This document shows, in pieces, positions 61,297 to 64,000 of a DNA stretch of 64,000 bases; within the stretch, counting starts at the first letter, position 1, and the number at the start of each line of letters is the position of its first letter. The translations under genes were made by a program, and so were the position numbers. Source of the stretch: Hyphomicrobiales bacterium (GTDB lineage Bacteria > Pseudomonadota > Alphaproteobacteria > Rhizobiales > JAKPQE01). Where the stretch lies: NCBI GenBank assembly GCA_041397845.1, contig JAWKVW010000006.1, forward strand, positions 6,061-70,060, read 5' to 3'. The notes beneath the pieces are model-generated. The model was not told where the DNA came from, made no database searches, and saw only the letters and a list, made by a program, of their open reading frames with translations.

Positions 61297-61377
61297 ACGC
61301 AAGGTGCTCGCTCGTGAAGCCCTCGCGAGCTGCGGGCGCGGCGCGACCGACCGGCGCCCGCGAGCTCATCCCGTCGC

Positions 61378-63024
<1,647 letters not shown>

Positions 63025-63043
63025 AGCGGTTCATCTCTGCCGA

Positions 63044-63932
63044 TCACGTGAATTCCGGGAACAAAAGGCCGGCGGCCTGACGCGCGGGCCGGCGCGATAT
63101 GGCGGCCGGTCGAACACCTCGCCGGGCCGGGCACGTCCGCCATCGAATAAACGCCGGGCTTGCGGCCCCGGCCCCAGAGCGCGGCCTTGACGGCGCCACG
63201 CGAGAAGATGGTGCGATCCCCGGCGCGGTGGGTGAAGCCGATGCGCTCGCCCTCGCCGGCCAGGATGACGGTGTGGTCGCCGATGACCGAGCCGCCGCGC
63301 AGGGTGGCAAAGCCGATGTCGCCGACCGGGCGCGGGCCGGTGTGGCCGTCGCGGGTGCGCACCGAACGCTCGCCGAGGGCGATGCCCCGGCCGCTGGCGG
63401 CGGCCTTCCCGAGCAGGAGCGCAGTGCCCGAGGGGGCGTCGACCTTGTGGCGGTGATGCATCTCGACGATCTCGATGTCGAACTCCTCGGAGAGCGCCTT
63501 GGCGGCGCGCTGGACGAGGGCGGCAAGGAGATTGACGCCAAGGCTCATATTGCCGGAGCGAACGATGACGGCATGGCGGCCGGCGGCGCGGATACGCTCG
63601 TCATCGGCGGCGGAAAGGCCGGTGGTGCCGATGACGTGGACGATACGGGCCTGGGCGGCGATCGCCGAGAAGGCGACGGTCGCGGCCGGCGAGGTGAAGT
63701 CGAGAACGCCATCCGCCCTGGCAAAGACCGGCAGCGGATCGTCGCTGACCGCGACACCGAGGGCATCGAGGCCGGCAAGACGCCCGGCATCCTCGCCAAG
63801 GGCCGGCGAGCCCTCGCGCTCGATGGCGCCGACAAGGGTCGCGCCCTCGGTCGAGGCCACCATGCGGACCAGCGCCTGACCCATCCGCCCGGCCGCGCCG
63901 ACAACCACGAGCCGCATCTCGGACATGATCAT
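63044..63932 (-). CDS. dapB: 4-hydroxy-tetrahydrodipicolinate reductase; the 3' end is uncertain and no stop occurs at the expected position
   Basis: First about 267 codons of ORF 62079..63932(-): [17 protein letters not shown]...DFTSP...VIGTTG...[15 protein letters not shown]...[14 protein letters not shown]...[19 protein letters not shown]. In frame, the ORF runs on into gpmI. The nearest stop (63044) is in another frame. Confidence 0.85.
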
Positions 63933-64000
63933 TCTCCCGATGTTCTTCTTCGCATTGCGGTATAGCAGTGCTGCCGCGCCGGCGGAAGCCAGACCTTGCG

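Overview
This is a very GC-rich window (GC not computed). Gene content and synteny look like an alphaproteobacterial, Rhizobiales-type core chromosome. I can support about 60 protein genes, one tRNA-Ala(GGC), and several intrinsic terminators, promoter or operator candidates and short repeats. I found no rRNA, CRISPR array, transposase, integrase or prophage genes.

Housekeeping genes:
- gyrB, infC, rsmE, gshA, aroA-cmk, hisF-hisE-coaA
- rpmH-rnpA-yidC-engB, argB, gpmI, dapB, mscL

Accessory or poorly understood modules:
1. An SLC5/SSF-domain hybrid histidine kinase lies next to a 713-aa single-polypeptide fusion of a DEDDh exonuclease, a CBS pair and a DUF294 nucleotidyltransferase (40.2-46.8 kb). 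I consider this the best candidate for an uncharacterised system.
2. A cytochrome b561::diheme-c fusion, an SHP-like monoheme cytochrome c and a diheme cytochrome c are followed on the same strand by PepSY, an OmpR-type regulator and a sensor kinase (32.9-37.5 kb).
3. A tupBCA tungstate-type ABC transporter.
4. mbfA bracketed by REP-like hairpins.
5. A FixJ-like/FixK-like regulator pair with no FixL in the window, a perfect TTGA-N6-TCAA box and a FixJ-core-like motif.

The main anomaly is the pattern of frame disruption. Reading frames are clean from about 8.1 to 53.3 kb. Outside that span, genes are riddled with frameshifts, some of them compensating pairs hidden inside long ORFs:
- Left end (1-5.6 kb and 7.4-7.8 kb): ABC permease, YnjB-like binding protein, APH-like kinase, gyrB, DUF1330.
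- Right end (53.4-63.1 kb): TVP38/DedA, a 5'-nucleotidase, LprI, gpmI, and the dapB 3' end.

Because essential single-copy genes are hit, patchy assembly or consensus indel error is more likely than real gene decay, but this needs read-level checking. Many long ORFs in the track are antisense or out-of-frame artefacts of the high GC content.
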